A stretch of DNA of 63,316 nt, counting the filler, from Choristocarpus tenellus KU-1152 (taxonomy: Eukaryota; Protista; Phaeophyceae), in the NCBI GenBank assembly GCA_964200185.2. It is 11 parts of 11 records of this genome, joined end to end, with 100 filler letters (N's around TTAATTAATTAA, not from the genome) between each part and the next. Parts side by side here need not be neighbours in the genome. Positions count along the whole stretch, not along the records: positions 11,345 to 15,266 come from CAXNAD020017126.1; positions 15,367 to 20,190 come from CAXNAD020012925.1; positions 20,291 to 29,514 come from CAXNAD020003863.1; 8 more parts are not named here. The stretch is one strand, 5' to 3'. Each line of letters starts with the position of its first letter. Position 1 is the stretch's first letter. Shown piece after piece: positions 12,691-25,917 of the stretch. The notes beneath the pieces were generated by a model, which searched no databases, was not told where the DNA came from, and was given only the letters and a program-made list of their open reading frames with translations. The position numbers and the translations under genes were made by a program.

Positions 12691-13690
12691 AGATGGATCG
12701 TGGTATGCTGTTGTCCCCTAAACCCTGAGGAAAGATGGTGGCAGCCTCATGCTGTCCTCTTAGTGTGGTGTTATGGAGTTATAGGTGGTTAGGGGTAGGG
12801 TTAGACCTTATCCGTGTTGCCCATTGAATGGTGCCTCAATGACCTTCACCTGTAGAGGGGGCAGACATGGTCGTACACAGCACTACTCTTTTGAACTGAT
12901 TAAAGTTTCTGGTGTTAGATAGGGTAGAAGCAAGTCCCCCAAGAATCTGTGAGCGCATGTATGTATCTATGTATTTATGTATGTATGATGTATGTATGAT
13001 ATATGCATCTATGTATTATTTATGTATCTATGTGCCACTTCTAGCAGTTGTTGGCATGCTCGGTGCAATGAGCATTGAGGTGAAGGGAGTCAGAGATGAA
13101 GTGAAGAGGATGATGATGGTCAAGGAGTGAGAGGGTTGTTGTGTTGGCAACAGTAATGCTTGTGGGAGAAAGATATCAGAAATGTTAGTGGGATAGGATC
13201 GTTGTTTGGGAAGAGTATAGGACATTGTACATACTTAGGGGAATGTAGCTCTATGCAATATGGTAGATGGTTGTGTAGAATATGTGAGTGGTGTAAGCTT
13301 GTGCAATAACTCTTCAAAAGATTGGTGTAAGGTACTTATTTGGAGGAATGAGGTGTATGGGACGTGGTATTTTGTTAATGGAGATTATCGATGACCGTTT
13401 GACTGTGACTGTGACTATTATTGTCTCCTTTTTTGGATTGGACTATACTCTACTGTGGAAAGTAGTACGGAATAGGTGAGGTGTGACTCGATGATGTGAG
13501 TTCATGCAAAGACTCTTGAAAAAAATTCCATGAAGAATTTGTAGGCGTTTATTTGAACATACTAGCATAAAGTAGAGGGTAACGCGCAACTTTGGTGGGG
13601 GATTGATGGATTGTATCACAACCAGTAAGCGATGATGTGGTGTATTGATCCAAGTACAGGGGATTGTGCAACAGAACAACAAGCGACAAA

Positions 13691-14020
13691 GGCTCAGAGT
13701 ATCTGAGGGGGGGGGGGGGGGGGGGGGGGCAACCCAGGGCATCCCTTTGGCCCCCCGCCGGGGGGAGGAAAAATAAATAATCCCCNNNNNNNNNNTGGGT
13801 CAGAACAAAAAAAAATAAGCGAGTGGAGCTGGTGTGGGGTGGGGGGGGGGGGGGGGGGGGGGGTTCTACACCAGGGCATCCATTTGGACCCTGACCAGGA
13901 GAAGTGAACTTACATTATCCATCCAACGCATGCAACCAAATCACCTAAAAATTGAGACACGGAAAAATGGGCCCCGAATTGACAGCCGTCACCCCTCCCC
14001 CCCTCCAGATACTTTGAGCC
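13691..14020 (+). mobile_element. MITE family B (TIR GGCTCAAAGTATCTG + G-rich), possible AAA TSD. Right-end fragments also at 29615-29739, 44038-44058 and ~45030-45119
   Basis: GGCTCAGAGTATCTGAGGG at 13691 and CCAGATACTTTGAGCC ending at 14020. The internal ATGCAACCAAATC.CC.AAAATTG.GACA.G.AAAA motif is shared with the 29615 and 45030 copies. Confidence 0.75.
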
Positions 14021-14265
14021 AAAACCCTTCCTACTATTACTAAACACCACCACTCTAACTAAAAAATACAGAGTAGGACAGACAATAACTCTCTCATGTA
14101 TGGTAAAGAGCTAAATTGTGTGTGTGTGTGTACGTGTGTGTGTTTATTGTGTGTTTGTTTGTGTGTCTACCCAGGTGCCTGCTTGTTTTCGTGAACATAG
14201 TGTCTTCGGGAGGGCACCTTACCGAGTTTGGTGATCTGTTCCAATGCCTGTTTGGCGTAGTTGAG

Positions 14266-14297
<32 letters not shown>

Positions 14298-15692
14298 TCA
14301 TATTTTTTTGAAAATCCAGTTTTGTATCATTTTTTTTTTTTAATCCTGTTATTTTATTTTCTAAGTGTTGGTGTTGTTACCTTTGTATCACGGCATGTTC
14401 TTTATCACCATTTCAATGCTTTTTTTTTGGTACACTATTGAAGTAGGTTTATTGTTTTGGTTTAATATTTGCTTTTTTTGGTTTCTTGTGTAAGTATGAT
14501 GTACATGCCCTTCCTTGATTTGTGATTGGACTAAAAAATTGGTACCACTACGACTGCATCTATCTCTATATATCAAATTATATTGTATTTATTATGTTAC
14601 ATTTATTATGTAGAATTTATTATATTGTTAACATTTTTATTATTTATTATATTGTTGACACTTTTATTTCGTTGAATGGAGTGAATATATCGCTGCAATT
14701 GTGTACCTGTATATTTTTATTATTTCTCCTTTATAAAAAATGTATTGGGAATACTACATTTGTTCGTTGGAGTGAGATTGTTCCTACCACCATTTGCGTC
14801 TATATTACTATTACGATTATTATTATTACTATTATTTATATTGTTGACTGGATTGAAGACATTGCTACTACATACTACTGGAGTATTTAACTTTTTGATT
14901 ATTTTTATTATTGGATTGAGAATATTGCTGCCACTCCATACCTTTGCATCAATACATCATTATTATTATTGTTATTATTTTTGAAATGTTCGTTGGGTAC
15001 AATGTCTTTTCTGGGGGTTGTTCCTGTGAGTTACTCCACTCTTCAGCTTTTTCTCCTGCTAAGAAAAATTATCATAAAAAAACCCCTGTGTTATCATTGA
15101 TAGTCCAGTACCACTATAGCTACTTTGTGTGTAAAAGAATGAATTGATGACTACTTTTCATTTTTTGATCATCTCAACATTTGAAAAAAAAATAATAACG
15201 AAGGCTGCAGCTCAAGGAGCGATTGCCTCAATCGATGATGGCAGGGGGGGGACAAAGGAGGCGGGGNNNNNNNNNNNNNNNNNNNNNNNNNNNNNNNNNN
15301 NNNNNNNNNNTTAATTAATTAANNNNNNNNNNNNNNNNNNNNNNNNNNNNNNNNNNNNNNNNNNNNTTTCCTTCTCTTCTTTTCTCTTCCCCCCCTCCCC
15401 CCCCCCCCCCCCCCCCCCCCCCCCCTTCTCAGGCACCACAAAAACAATTCCTGTCTCTTACCGGCACCGGCTCTCTCATCCTTGGGCGTAGCAGGAGTGG
15501 ACATTTAATGGGCATATTTTGTGTGCAGGCCAGGCTTTGACGCAACAACTCCTTTCACGGTCAATGTCATCTCCCCCATTCGCAAAGTCGGAGAGGAAGT
15601 CCCACCAGACCTCTGTACATTATCTCCCTCCATCTTCACTGACCCTCCCTCCATTCTACACACCCCTACAACCCTGAGGGGCCCAAAGCGAG

Positions 15693-15737
<45 letters not shown>

Positions 15738-16248
15738 ATATATATTTGCTACTACATTTATTGTTATTGTTATTATTATTATTATTATTTATTGCTATCA
15801 TAATTTATTGTATGAGTCTTGCAACACACTTCGAAGTAGTGTTATCGTACGTTATCACCTCCGTCGAAATTATTATTATTATTATTATTAAACCCGTTAT
15901 TAACATTATTATCTTATCAGTCTGCTTTCTTCAAGTACTACCTGTAGTGTTGTACCCTGCTGCATCACTGATAAACTACCATCACTGCAAATACTACCAT
16001 TTTTTTTTCTCCATACATTAGCACACATGCTCGGGGAATAAATATATATATATATATGACTCGAATCGTGGTCAGAGGCATCACGATTAAAAAAAAAAGG
16101 CTGCTTAAACGCTCTGGTCAACAATCAACTGCCCTCTCCAAAAAATAAATAAATAAATAAAAAGAATAAAAGAAAGTTGTACGATAAACGCCGTTTAACC
16201 CCCCCCCCCAAAAAAACAAACAAACACACACACACACCGAAGACGTAC

Positions 16249-18483
16249 CTCGTTCTCGTGTCCCTCTAATGTGGTCGTGAGATCCCAGTTGAGCTCCATT
16301 CCTCTTCCCCCCCCCGCCCCGCCCCCTCCCTCCCCCTCCCCCTCCCCCTCCTCGTCACCGCCACCGTCCCTGACCCGCTTGCGCCAGACAGAGCATGTCC
16401 CATCGAAGCTCACCGCAGCGATGAATCTTCCTGTCACCATACAAAAAGAAAAGAAAAGAAGAGAAGAGGTCGGCTGTGTGCCTAGTGGGGGGCCAAAAGT
16501 GCCCAGGGCCTGCTTGTCGGCCCTTTCTCAGTGGGTAAGTCAAGTAAATAAGGGGGTTGTAGAAAACGTTCCTGGTATAATTCTGCACTTGGGAGGGGGT
16601 TTTCGGTTGGGGTCTTAGTTCCTGTCACAATGCACATACATTCTAGGTCGTATATAAATATATATTTATGTATATATATTTATGTATATATGTACGTATG
16701 TATGTTTGCGTGTTAGGTATAAATACTCTGTATATCATGTAAATATGGTGTCAAGATGCTGTATAAACTGGGAATATAATCCTGGACCGAAGGACAGTGC
16801 TGTTCCTGCTGTAGTGAGTTGTACGGAGACGTGGATAAAAACAAACAAACAAACAAACAAAAGAGCGAGCGTATCATGAATGAGCCGACTTGAGAAAAAA
16901 ACCCGATTTGACATGCCCGATTGAGTTGAAGCGTGCAAAGAAGCACCTAGCGCTGGGAGGAGGGCCGCGAGGAAATGCCGAGCACCCACAGACATGAGAA
17001 AATGGACGACGAATCGAAAAAAAGTTTCGATTGATGATGATCTCAATTGTTCTTCGAATAAACGGATCCAATCGGTTGAATGGATTGTTCCAACTCACAC
17101 CACCACAGTTTGTTCGTTTCGCTTCCCGGTTGTGCTGAGGGTTGAGGGGTGTGGGTTAAAAACGGAACTAAGGGGTCGTTGAGAAGTGGGTTTTGAGTGC
17201 TTAGTACACCCAATTAAGTCGGTACTTGGGAGCTCCTCTGCTGGTGAGACATGGGTCGTCTGAACATTGTGTGTTAACAGTAAAAAGTAAGTGGCCAATT
17301 ATGATATGTAATTCAATGTGTATGTCAGCAAGCCGAACAAGAACAAGGGACAGGAAAAGTTTGTGGCTATTATGGCAGAGCGAGGGGAAATATAAGGGTT
17401 TGTGGGGGCAGGGAGAAGAGCAGGGGAGGGGAAGGGGAAGAGGAACGCGGCCTCGATGCATAGTGGTAGGGATCGAAAACCGCAGGTGAATTTGGACGGT
17501 AGAGTGAAACGACCTTGGGACGGGGGATAGATCCAAACAGTAGACCCAGTGCTTGTCGAGAGTCTTAGGAGGGGGTAACACTATGTCAGGGTGGGAAGAG
17601 AGACAGTGAACTTCGTCTGTGCTTGTTGGAAGGTTTTTGAGGGTGGATGGACTCTTGACCCTGAGAGACAAGTGGTACTGCTTTCATGGTTAGACCCGAA
17701 ACACGACTTCAACACTGCTATTGGACTGAAACGTAAGCTGGAACAGAGGTTGAGCAAACAGTGGGTAGGCGTCTCATATTGGGGTTGTCCGTCTGCTCTG
17801 ACGAGCTAGGGAGGAGCTGGAATTCTCACCGCAAGGTGACCAGGAGCAGCAACGCACCGTGCGGGTGGCTCCTTCCTCGAGGACAGTCAGGCATCTCCAA
17901 TCATCAGGGCCCTTTCCCCTTCCCCAAACACGAACGCTCTGTCCAGGATAATGAGGGTGCAGAAAGTGGTAAGACCTAATGTGAACGAAGGTGCTGGGCA
18001 TCACCAGAGGAGACGGCCAAAACGTTCCTTGGTGTGTTGATACCAACAGTCACTGTCATACCATGGCGATACAGGAATCCTCATCAATAGATTCATTTAC
18101 AAAACAAAGTATTATTCCTTAAACTAGAAGGGGGATCACAGTGGGGCATGGTTTGCGATGGTGTTGTTGCGGGTCGTGGCAGTCCGAGGCAACGGCAACA
18201 GAGTCGCAAGCAATCTCTTGACTCCGAGAAAGGGTACAGTAGATGCGTAGGGGGTATCCTTGGTTCATTGGGTTTTTCGTGGTTGGTATTGGCGATAGCA
18301 GGAGGGCTACGGGTGTGGGGTCTTGTGCAAATTACAGAGGACAACGCAACCAGGAAATCTTGTGCCTCCTACCTTGTCACCGCTGCACGATGCTAGGAAC
18401 CTCCCGCACGGAGACCAGGCAACACACCAGACGCGTTCAACATGACCTTCCAACACTGCCGTCTGCTTGAGCCTTGAAGACAT
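16249..18483 (-). CDS. CIAO1: Cytosolic Fe-S assembly WD40 protein CIA1/CIAO1, 5' part. Exons 18483-18373, 17938-17830, 16430-16249
   Basis: LEGHVERVWCVAWSPCGRFLASCSGDK / SVRVW...TRTVRCCSWSPCG / RFIAAVSFDGTCSVW...TLEGHENE. Splice phases 0, 1, 0 are consistent. Confidence 0.88.
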
Positions 18484-18734
18484 GGTTTGCATCCACCTAC
18501 ACACACAACTACGAATGGGAAAAGGTGGAGCTCACTCACAATTCCTCCCAACATCTTGGATACATGATACGCGAGCTCGCGCGTCCTTCTACAGATCATG
18601 AAGATTTAGAGAGTAGAAGTTGTAACAATCATTAGGTTTGGAGGTTGACGTTAGAGTGGCTTTGGAGTGACTTTGAAGTGTCCTAGCGTAGGAGAAGGGA
18701 AGCACCGAGATATCTAAGATTTCAATCGTCCACT
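18484..18734. promoter_or_regulatory. Putative bidirectional promoter between CIAO1 and uL24
   Basis: Divergent ATGs (18483 minus, 18735 plus) are only 251 bp apart within one contig. Confidence 0.55.
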
Positions 18735-19524
18735 ATGTCTGCAGTTGGGGCTGCCATGAAGAGGTTGATGAAACCCAACCAGAAGCTCAAGCCTGGACTC
18801 CTGCCCAAGAACCTCATCCCACAACACCGATGGACAGTGAGTTTGGCCGCCGTGAACTCCCTCCTTTCCCAACGTTAGCTTTTCTTTTGTTTGTGTATGA
18901 ATCCATCTAGCAGGTGCTCAATAACCCACGTCCTACTTCACCAGACGAAACACCTGCTCGACTATCTTGCAGCGTGCCAAACGTACAAGTTTCGATTCTC
19001 TCACACCCACAGAGAACTACCACCATCCCTCCCACAACCATCTCACCTTCGATCTCCGTGATTCCCTCGGTTTTCGTATCCATCCTTTCACAATGATTCT
19101 CCGAACTTGTGGTGCCCTGCCTGGTCGGCAATTGGACAATTCAGCCCGTACAAATTGAGGATTTGGGTATCATCACAACATACTTGCTGTACCAACCTGG
19201 TCTGTTGTGCAGATGGTGTTATAGCACGCAATTGTATCTTGAAGGCTTTCCAAGTAAAGATCTCTGCCGAAGTGTGCATTTCATGTGAACCGATAGACGT
19301 TTCCCATCATCCCCCCCATCCCCCACTCAACACCCTCGTCGAATATTCTACGCTTCTCTCCTATCTAATCCCTAACTCTTGCGATAACTATGTAGTTTAA
19401 GTGATAACCGGTGATTCTTCTTCCACTCCAGCGTTCGCCTCGATGAGAAGCGAGGAGGACAGATGTTTCATGTGTTCATCCTCCCTCCATAAATATACAT
19501 CTACCGACACCCCTTCTGGCATGA

Positions 19525-19555
<31 letters not shown>

Positions 19556-19691
19556 TTGTGTGTGTGTTTGTTCATAGATCCTTCGAGGGGATAGCATAAT
19601 GGTGGTCAATGGCGTCCACAAGGGGAAGACAGGTGTGATAAAGGAAGTCATCCGGAAGCAAAATCGAGTCATTGTGGAGGGTGTGAACTTG
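18735..19691 (+). CDS. MRPL24: Ribosomal protein uL24 (bacterial-type, probably mitochondrial), 5' part. Exons 18735-18836, 19578-19691
   Basis: Spliced product ...HRWT|ILRGDSIMVVNGVHKGKTGVIKEVIRKQNRVIVEGVNL is the L24 KOW motif. Phase-0 GT-AG intron. Confidence 0.85.
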
Positions 19692-20353
19692 GTGAGTACT
19701 ACCCCCACGATCCCCCTTCCCCCCTCCCCTAGAAAAATCAAGAGCATTATTTTTTTTTGTAATCAAGTACCACCCCCCTTACAGCCAGCCTCCTGGACAC
19801 TTATTCAAATATTGAATTATTGCATTGCTGAGGGGTGAAATGAAGTATATATATTCTAGAGTCTGCCTTACTGTGCTTCACAATGAAAAGGAGGCGTGTG
19901 CCTTACCTGCATTACCGTCTGAGTAGAAAGATCTGGTCAGCTCTGTGTCCACCTCCAGCACCCTTGAGAATGCTGTGGCACTCTGTAGCACTCTTGTGGT
20001 TGGAATGTTGTGCTCCGTAGCGCTACCGTCTCTTGTGCTGCTGAAGACAGGTGGAGAGGAAGAGGGGAAGGGGCAGGAGGAGTGCTGTCCGGAAATGCAA
20101 TCTTTACGCCCCCCCCCCCCTCTGCCCAGCCTTTTGAAAGCAATCTCTCTCCCCCTTATCACCATGTTTTTCCCCTTCTCCAATAGTTTTNNNNNNNNNN
20201 NNNNNNNNNNNNNNNNNNNNNNNNNNNNNNNNNNTTAATTAATTAANNNNNNNNNNNNNNNNNNNNNNNNNNNNNNNNNNNNNNNNNNNNTTGTTTTTTT
20301 TTTTTTTTTTTGTTTTTTTTGTTGTGTTTTGGTGTTGTGGGGGGTGGTGTTTT

Positions 20354-20384
<31 letters not shown>

Positions 20385-21372
20385 CGTAGTGGCTGTGCTG
20401 ATTTGATTGGTTGGTTGGTTGGTTGGTTGGTTGGTTGTGTGTGTGTGTGAGAGAGAGTTTATGTGTGTTTTTTTCTTAGTGGTTGTGCTGATTTGATTGG
20501 TTGCTTGTGTGTATGTTGTGTGTGTGTTGTGTGTCGTTTATGTGTGTTTTTTTCTTAGTGAGTGTGCTGATTTGATTGGTGTTTGTGTGTGTATTTTTGT
20601 GTGTGTATCTGTGTCTGTGTGTGTGTTTTTTATTTTTTTATTTTTTATCTCTTACTTTTGATACATATTTTTTCTGTGTTGCCTACATATTATTTTTCTA
20701 TATATATTGTTTTAATAGGTGTGTATTTGCTGCATTGTACATTACACTCTTCTTTTGTTCATTTAAGCAACACCCTGAGTAGAACTGGCAGTACCCAATC
20801 GTTTGAACCACGTCTCTGTGCTTTTTTTTTTCATTAAAAAAAATCTTTGGAGTGTTATCTTTTTTTTATTTTTCAACCATTGTCGATGTCTCCTGTTTTA
20901 TTTTTATTGTGTTTTTTACTTCAATAGTACTGACTGTGTTGTACCACCGTCACTGTCTCGACTGCTGCTTTCTTTTTTCTTTTTCTTTTTTACTTGTTTT
21001 TTTTCTTGCATCTGTTTTTTTTAATTTTTTTTTCTTGTCTACTGTATGTGTTGTTTTTCGGATGTTAGTGCTCTTTCCTCATGCCAGGTTTTATTTATTT
21101 TGTTTTGGGGTCCTTGTTGCCTTCTTTGAAGTGCCTTTTTATTATGCATTGTGTGTTGTCTTCTTTGAAGTGCCTTTTTTAGACCACGGGTCTGGGGTCC
21201 CTCAGACTAGTGTTATGCAATAATGAATAAATATATTTTAAAAAGAATAATATATGATACTACTACTACTACTACTACTACTAATACGATTACTACGCAG
21301 TCCCTATCTCCTCTCTCTCTCACTCTCTCTCTCTCTTTCGATCTCTTGATGGATTTTGTGCTGTACACTTAG

Positions 21373-23799
21373 GCTAAGGACAAGCTGGTCTTAGATCTAA
21401 CACAACAGATCAGACGACTTGAAGGCTTGCGCAATGGCACTAAGGAATGTGAGTGTGGTTGTTTAGAGCTGAGGACACTGTGTTGTCGTGGTTTCTAGCA
21501 GGAAATACCTTCTGTATGTATGCATATATGTATGTATGTGTGTATGTATGTATGTATTATGTATATCGATAAATATGATTTTTTTTTGTATTTAGTGTAC
21601 TCTAGGACTGCTACCGTAGGTAAGGCCGTGTCTTATGATTAATTAACTTGATATTTTTTCCAATATGTGAAATTTTTTATTTTTTTATTTTTTGCATTTG
21701 TGATTTTTTCCAACGAAGAAATTTTCTCACGAAATGTCAACCAATGCGCTCTTTGGTGTAATGTGATGTGGTTTGATGTGATGTGATGTGATGTGATGTA
21801 GTGGAGAGTCGAATGAGTACAAGACACTCCAAGAATACTAAGCCTGGGGTCAGCAGTGGGGGATTGAGTAACAACAATGGGAGTCCCAACAGCGATGATG
21901 GCGTGGGGACAGGAGGGCGAGGGGGAGGGAATGGAAGCACGGGCTCTAGGCGTTCCCCAAGTGAGTTTTGTTGTTGTTATGGTGGTGGTGGTTATGTGTT
22001 GCTGGGTGTGTTTTTTGTTTTTTTTATTTTTTCCTGCTTGTTTTTTGAGGTTAGTGTTAGGGTGGTTTCAGGTGTGTGATAGAATTTGGTTTTGTACATT
22101 TGTTTAGGGGTTAGGGTTGGAGGTGGAAGTGATTTTGATAGGGCACAAGGTGTTCTGAAGACTATATAAATATATTTATATTTATATATGTATGTGTTCG
22201 TATGTTTTGATGCTGTATGGTGGGGGTGGTGGGTGCTGTATGCGTTGATGGCATTTCTATTATTATTATTATTATTTTTTTAAGAACTTTATGGTATTTT
22301 TTTGTTTTTGTTTGTAAGTATAGATGGATTCGTTTTTTATTGTTTTGTGCTGAGTAGAGGAACAATCAACTTATTTCTCTTATTATTGTTATTATTATTA
22401 TTGATAGTGATAGTGTGTTTCTCATTTTTGTTCAAGTTTTCCATTGTAAATGTGAGCTTGTGCTGGAGGCGTTTGTCCTCTGAGGGAAATGTGTTTTGCA
22501 TGTGTACGTTTCAAAAATAAAAATCCCGGATAATTTATTCTTCCACTTGTGTGTCTCCAGTGAAGTATTCGATTGTATCTTTATCTTTTTTATATTGTGT
22601 TTCAAAATAATTCAAGAGATAACGTATTTGGACAGAGTTGGATGCATGGATGTTGGACTACTGGGAGAGGATGAGATGAAGGTTAGGGTTGTGTACAGAA
22701 GATTTCATAGGACTCTATTTTCACTGAACTGGTACCAGTCTGTGTCAAGACCTGAGGCCTCGGATAATCCAATAATGCTGGATCCTGGTCCAGGTTAGGA
22801 TGTGAACCCACGGGCTCTCTCATAATGCCTGTCCTGGTCAAGGTTCAGGTCTGAGGTTACAGACTATCGGTTCAGTTGTGGGTCCTGGTCCAGGTTAGGG
22901 TGTGAACCCATGGACTCACTCATAATGCTTGTCCAGGTCAAAGGTCCGGGTCTTGAGGCCAAGGGCAGTACCTGCAGTGCTTGATCCGGGTTCGAACCTG
23001 AAGTTAGTGGACTAGACCTGGATCTCGCCCCGAGTGGAGAGTCAGGTTGAGGTCCGGGTCCAGGGTCTGGGGTCACATTTCCGGGCCTGAAGTGCCTGTA
23101 GTCTGGAGTAGGTACCCTGGACTGGTCTATAATTCTTACCAGTGATTGCTAGAAATGAAGTGAAGAAGTAACCGGCGATTGGACGCCTTCCATGAGTTTC
23201 GCAGTTGAGACATGCAAAAGGTTTTGAGAATTGCAGTAGGTCAAGTGTTGGTTGTAGGAGCGATTCAGTATCCTGTTTTGTCCTTGAATAAAATGCAAAC
23301 ATACCTGTCTGGAAACTTTTGAAAGTCCAAGGCCTTGGTTTTGGGGGTAGCAGCGCCTCCAGAGCGGTTTCTGGGTCTGGGTAGGAAGCAGTTGGTGGTA
23401 TCAGAGCTGTACTCGAGGCTCGGGGACCGTCCTGGTTGGTTCCGTGGTACGAACGCCTCTGTGATACCTTCCTTGGACTGGTTCGTTATTGTTTTTGTTT
23501 TCAATGGAGATATAAAAAACAAAGCAAAACAAACCCAACAACAACAACAACAACAACAACTCTGGTAGGACATAGAAGTTGTTCTGTCTCTGTGCGTACG
23601 AACCCCGGTCTGGTTTTTACAATTTTATTGGGTTTTTTTGCAGGTCCCCCCAGCATCGTAAAGAGGACGCTTAAGGACAGGGAGATCCTGCACGATCTCA
23701 ACTTGCTCCGGGGACTGATCCTGGGCGGTTCTGGAGGGGGCTCCCATCACGCACCGGATCTCCGGTCGACGCAACCCCAAATCTCCCGCAGAGGCAAGA
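21373..23799 (+). CDS. Internal exons of a probable Sds3/BRMS1-like (Sin3-HDAC subunit) protein. Exons 21373-21448, 21802-21960, 23644-23799
   Basis: AKDKLVLDLTQQIRRLEGLR (coiled coil) / ESRMSTRHSK + G/S-rich linker / PPSIVKRTLKDREILHDLNLL. All junctions are GT-AG and phase 1, and stay in frame. The family call is by motif resemblance only. Confidence 0.55.
22780..22945. repeat. Two ~65-bp direct repeats inside an intron
   Basis: GGTCCAGGTTAGG.TGTGAACCCA.GG.CTC.CTCATAATGC.TGTCC at ~22786 and ~22887. Confidence 0.75.
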
Positions 23800-25881
23800 G
23801 TAAGTTCTTCGCAGGGTACCTGGTACCTGGTACCTGGTACCTGGTACAGCAGTACTTGGAACTGTGTGCTTATACTTTGTATGGGGTTCTACCGCTGTGT
23901 ATCTGATCTGGTTCGCGGGTTCTGTGGGTGTTCTATTGGTACTGCTTTGGTAGGCGGTGTGATGTGGAACTGTGGTGAAGAGTAGGGTTCCTATCGGAGT
24001 TCCGATTGAGTCGGTACCGTGGCTTGTGAGCTTTTTTTTGTTGTTACTGTTTTGAGTACAGCATCTTGTTTTATCTTTTTTTGTTGTGTACTGTTTTGAG
24101 TACGGTATCTTTTTATCTTTTTTTGTTGTGTACTGTTTTAAGTATGGTGTCTTTTTTAGTTTTTTGTTGTGTATTTTTGTTAAATGATGCAACGGTTGTA
24201 GAAATCCACGGACTGATATATATATATATATATATTTATATTTGTATGTATGTTTATATGTATATGTATATTTTATTTATATTTATATTTATATTTAGAT
24301 GTATATTTATATATTGTAATTGATGGATTGCTGAAGTTGGTCTCAGCGCATCGACTGTACGGGTCTGCTTCTTGGTTTTGTATCAGCAGTAGTTGGGCAA
24401 TGTAATGTGACGTAACAGATTATTTAAAATTCTGACGAAAATGATTGGTCAAGTACTTTTTTGTACTCATTCTTTACGTGGTTCCGACTCTTTATTGGAG
24501 AAGTACTGGTACTCTCTACTATGAAGTATGGGGTCTGTGGTTCAGGTTCTTATTTTGTTTGTGTGACGTTTTCTATACTTTTTTTTTGTAGTCTGAGAAG
24601 GTGAGCCACGGCACTTTAATTTCCCGAGGGTATGCTTGTTGCTGTGGCCTGGAGCCCAATGGCGTGCCGCGAGCAAGGATTTTTCTTGGAAAATTATGAT
24701 TCTGCTTCTTGTTGTGGATGATTTATGGGGAATAGCTCGAAGAGATATTGGCCACATAGTTAGATTTTGGGATAATATTTTCACCGAAGTGTTGATGTTG
24801 AAGAACGCAGTTTGTGGACTTGTTTGTTGTGAGTGTGGATACTGTTTTGTTCTTGGGTCCTAAGAGTCCCCCCCTTTATTTTAGAATATATATATATATT
24901 TCATTTTGAATGGAATTATATTTTTTTTATGTTGTTGTTGGACACATTTCGGTGCATGGAATTTGATTTCAATATCCGTTAGCTTTAAAAATATATATTT
25001 ATATATATATATATAAATATATTGAAATGGTCGTAGTTGTATGTTTGAAAATCTGTATTTTTTGGCATTGAGTTACGTACTTGAGTATAATCATCTACTC
25101 GAGAATGAACTTAGGATCCCAAGGGGCTAATGCAGCAAACAGTGCTTGGCTGTGCGTAACACCCTTCCCATTCTCTCTCATGTTTTTCTTCTTTTTTTTC
25201 TTTTTCTTTTTTTTTCAATTTCTTCCTCTCCGCGTATGCTCCAGGCTGATTGACAGACCATAGAGGAGTGGGTATTCAACCAGAAGTCAATAATAGAGAA
25301 GAGCCAAGAAGAGTACCCAGTGGATTGAGGATTCTTTTTGATTGGAGGGAGAGCCGTAGAGCCGGTTGGCTTACCTCGCTCGCCGTTGTTTCCATAGCTA
25401 TCTGGGTTGTGCGGTTGTAGCACCCTTACTTGTGTTGTGGTGAATGTGAACGTGGTGTTGTGGTGGTGGGGTGCATTATATGTGGTAACATTATGCTCGG
25501 ATGTTTGTGTGTGTGCTTGCTCTGTGCATGGTGTTGGTTTTTTTACTGATGTGAGTTGATGTGGGTGGATTATGACTAGTGGGTACCGGGTGGTGTGGAG
25601 TACTTTTCGAGTCTTGAAGCAGTGTTTTTGTGTGTGTGTGTGTGTGTGTGCTGGGTACTTGAGTGTTAGGGTGTAGTGTTGCGTGTTTGTTTCTTTGCGC
25701 CCACTTGGCGCTTTGATGGAAAAGGTATTTTTGTCGGTCATGGTATTGAGCCACGATTGGTTTTGGGGGGGATGAGGAATGGATCGGCATCGGTTGCTTT
25801 GTACAATATTGTTTTGGAAAGTTTTGAGGGTGTTTTGTGATGCCGCTGCTGCATGATGCATAGAATGGTGCTGTGACTCAG

Positions 25882-25917
<36 letters not shown>

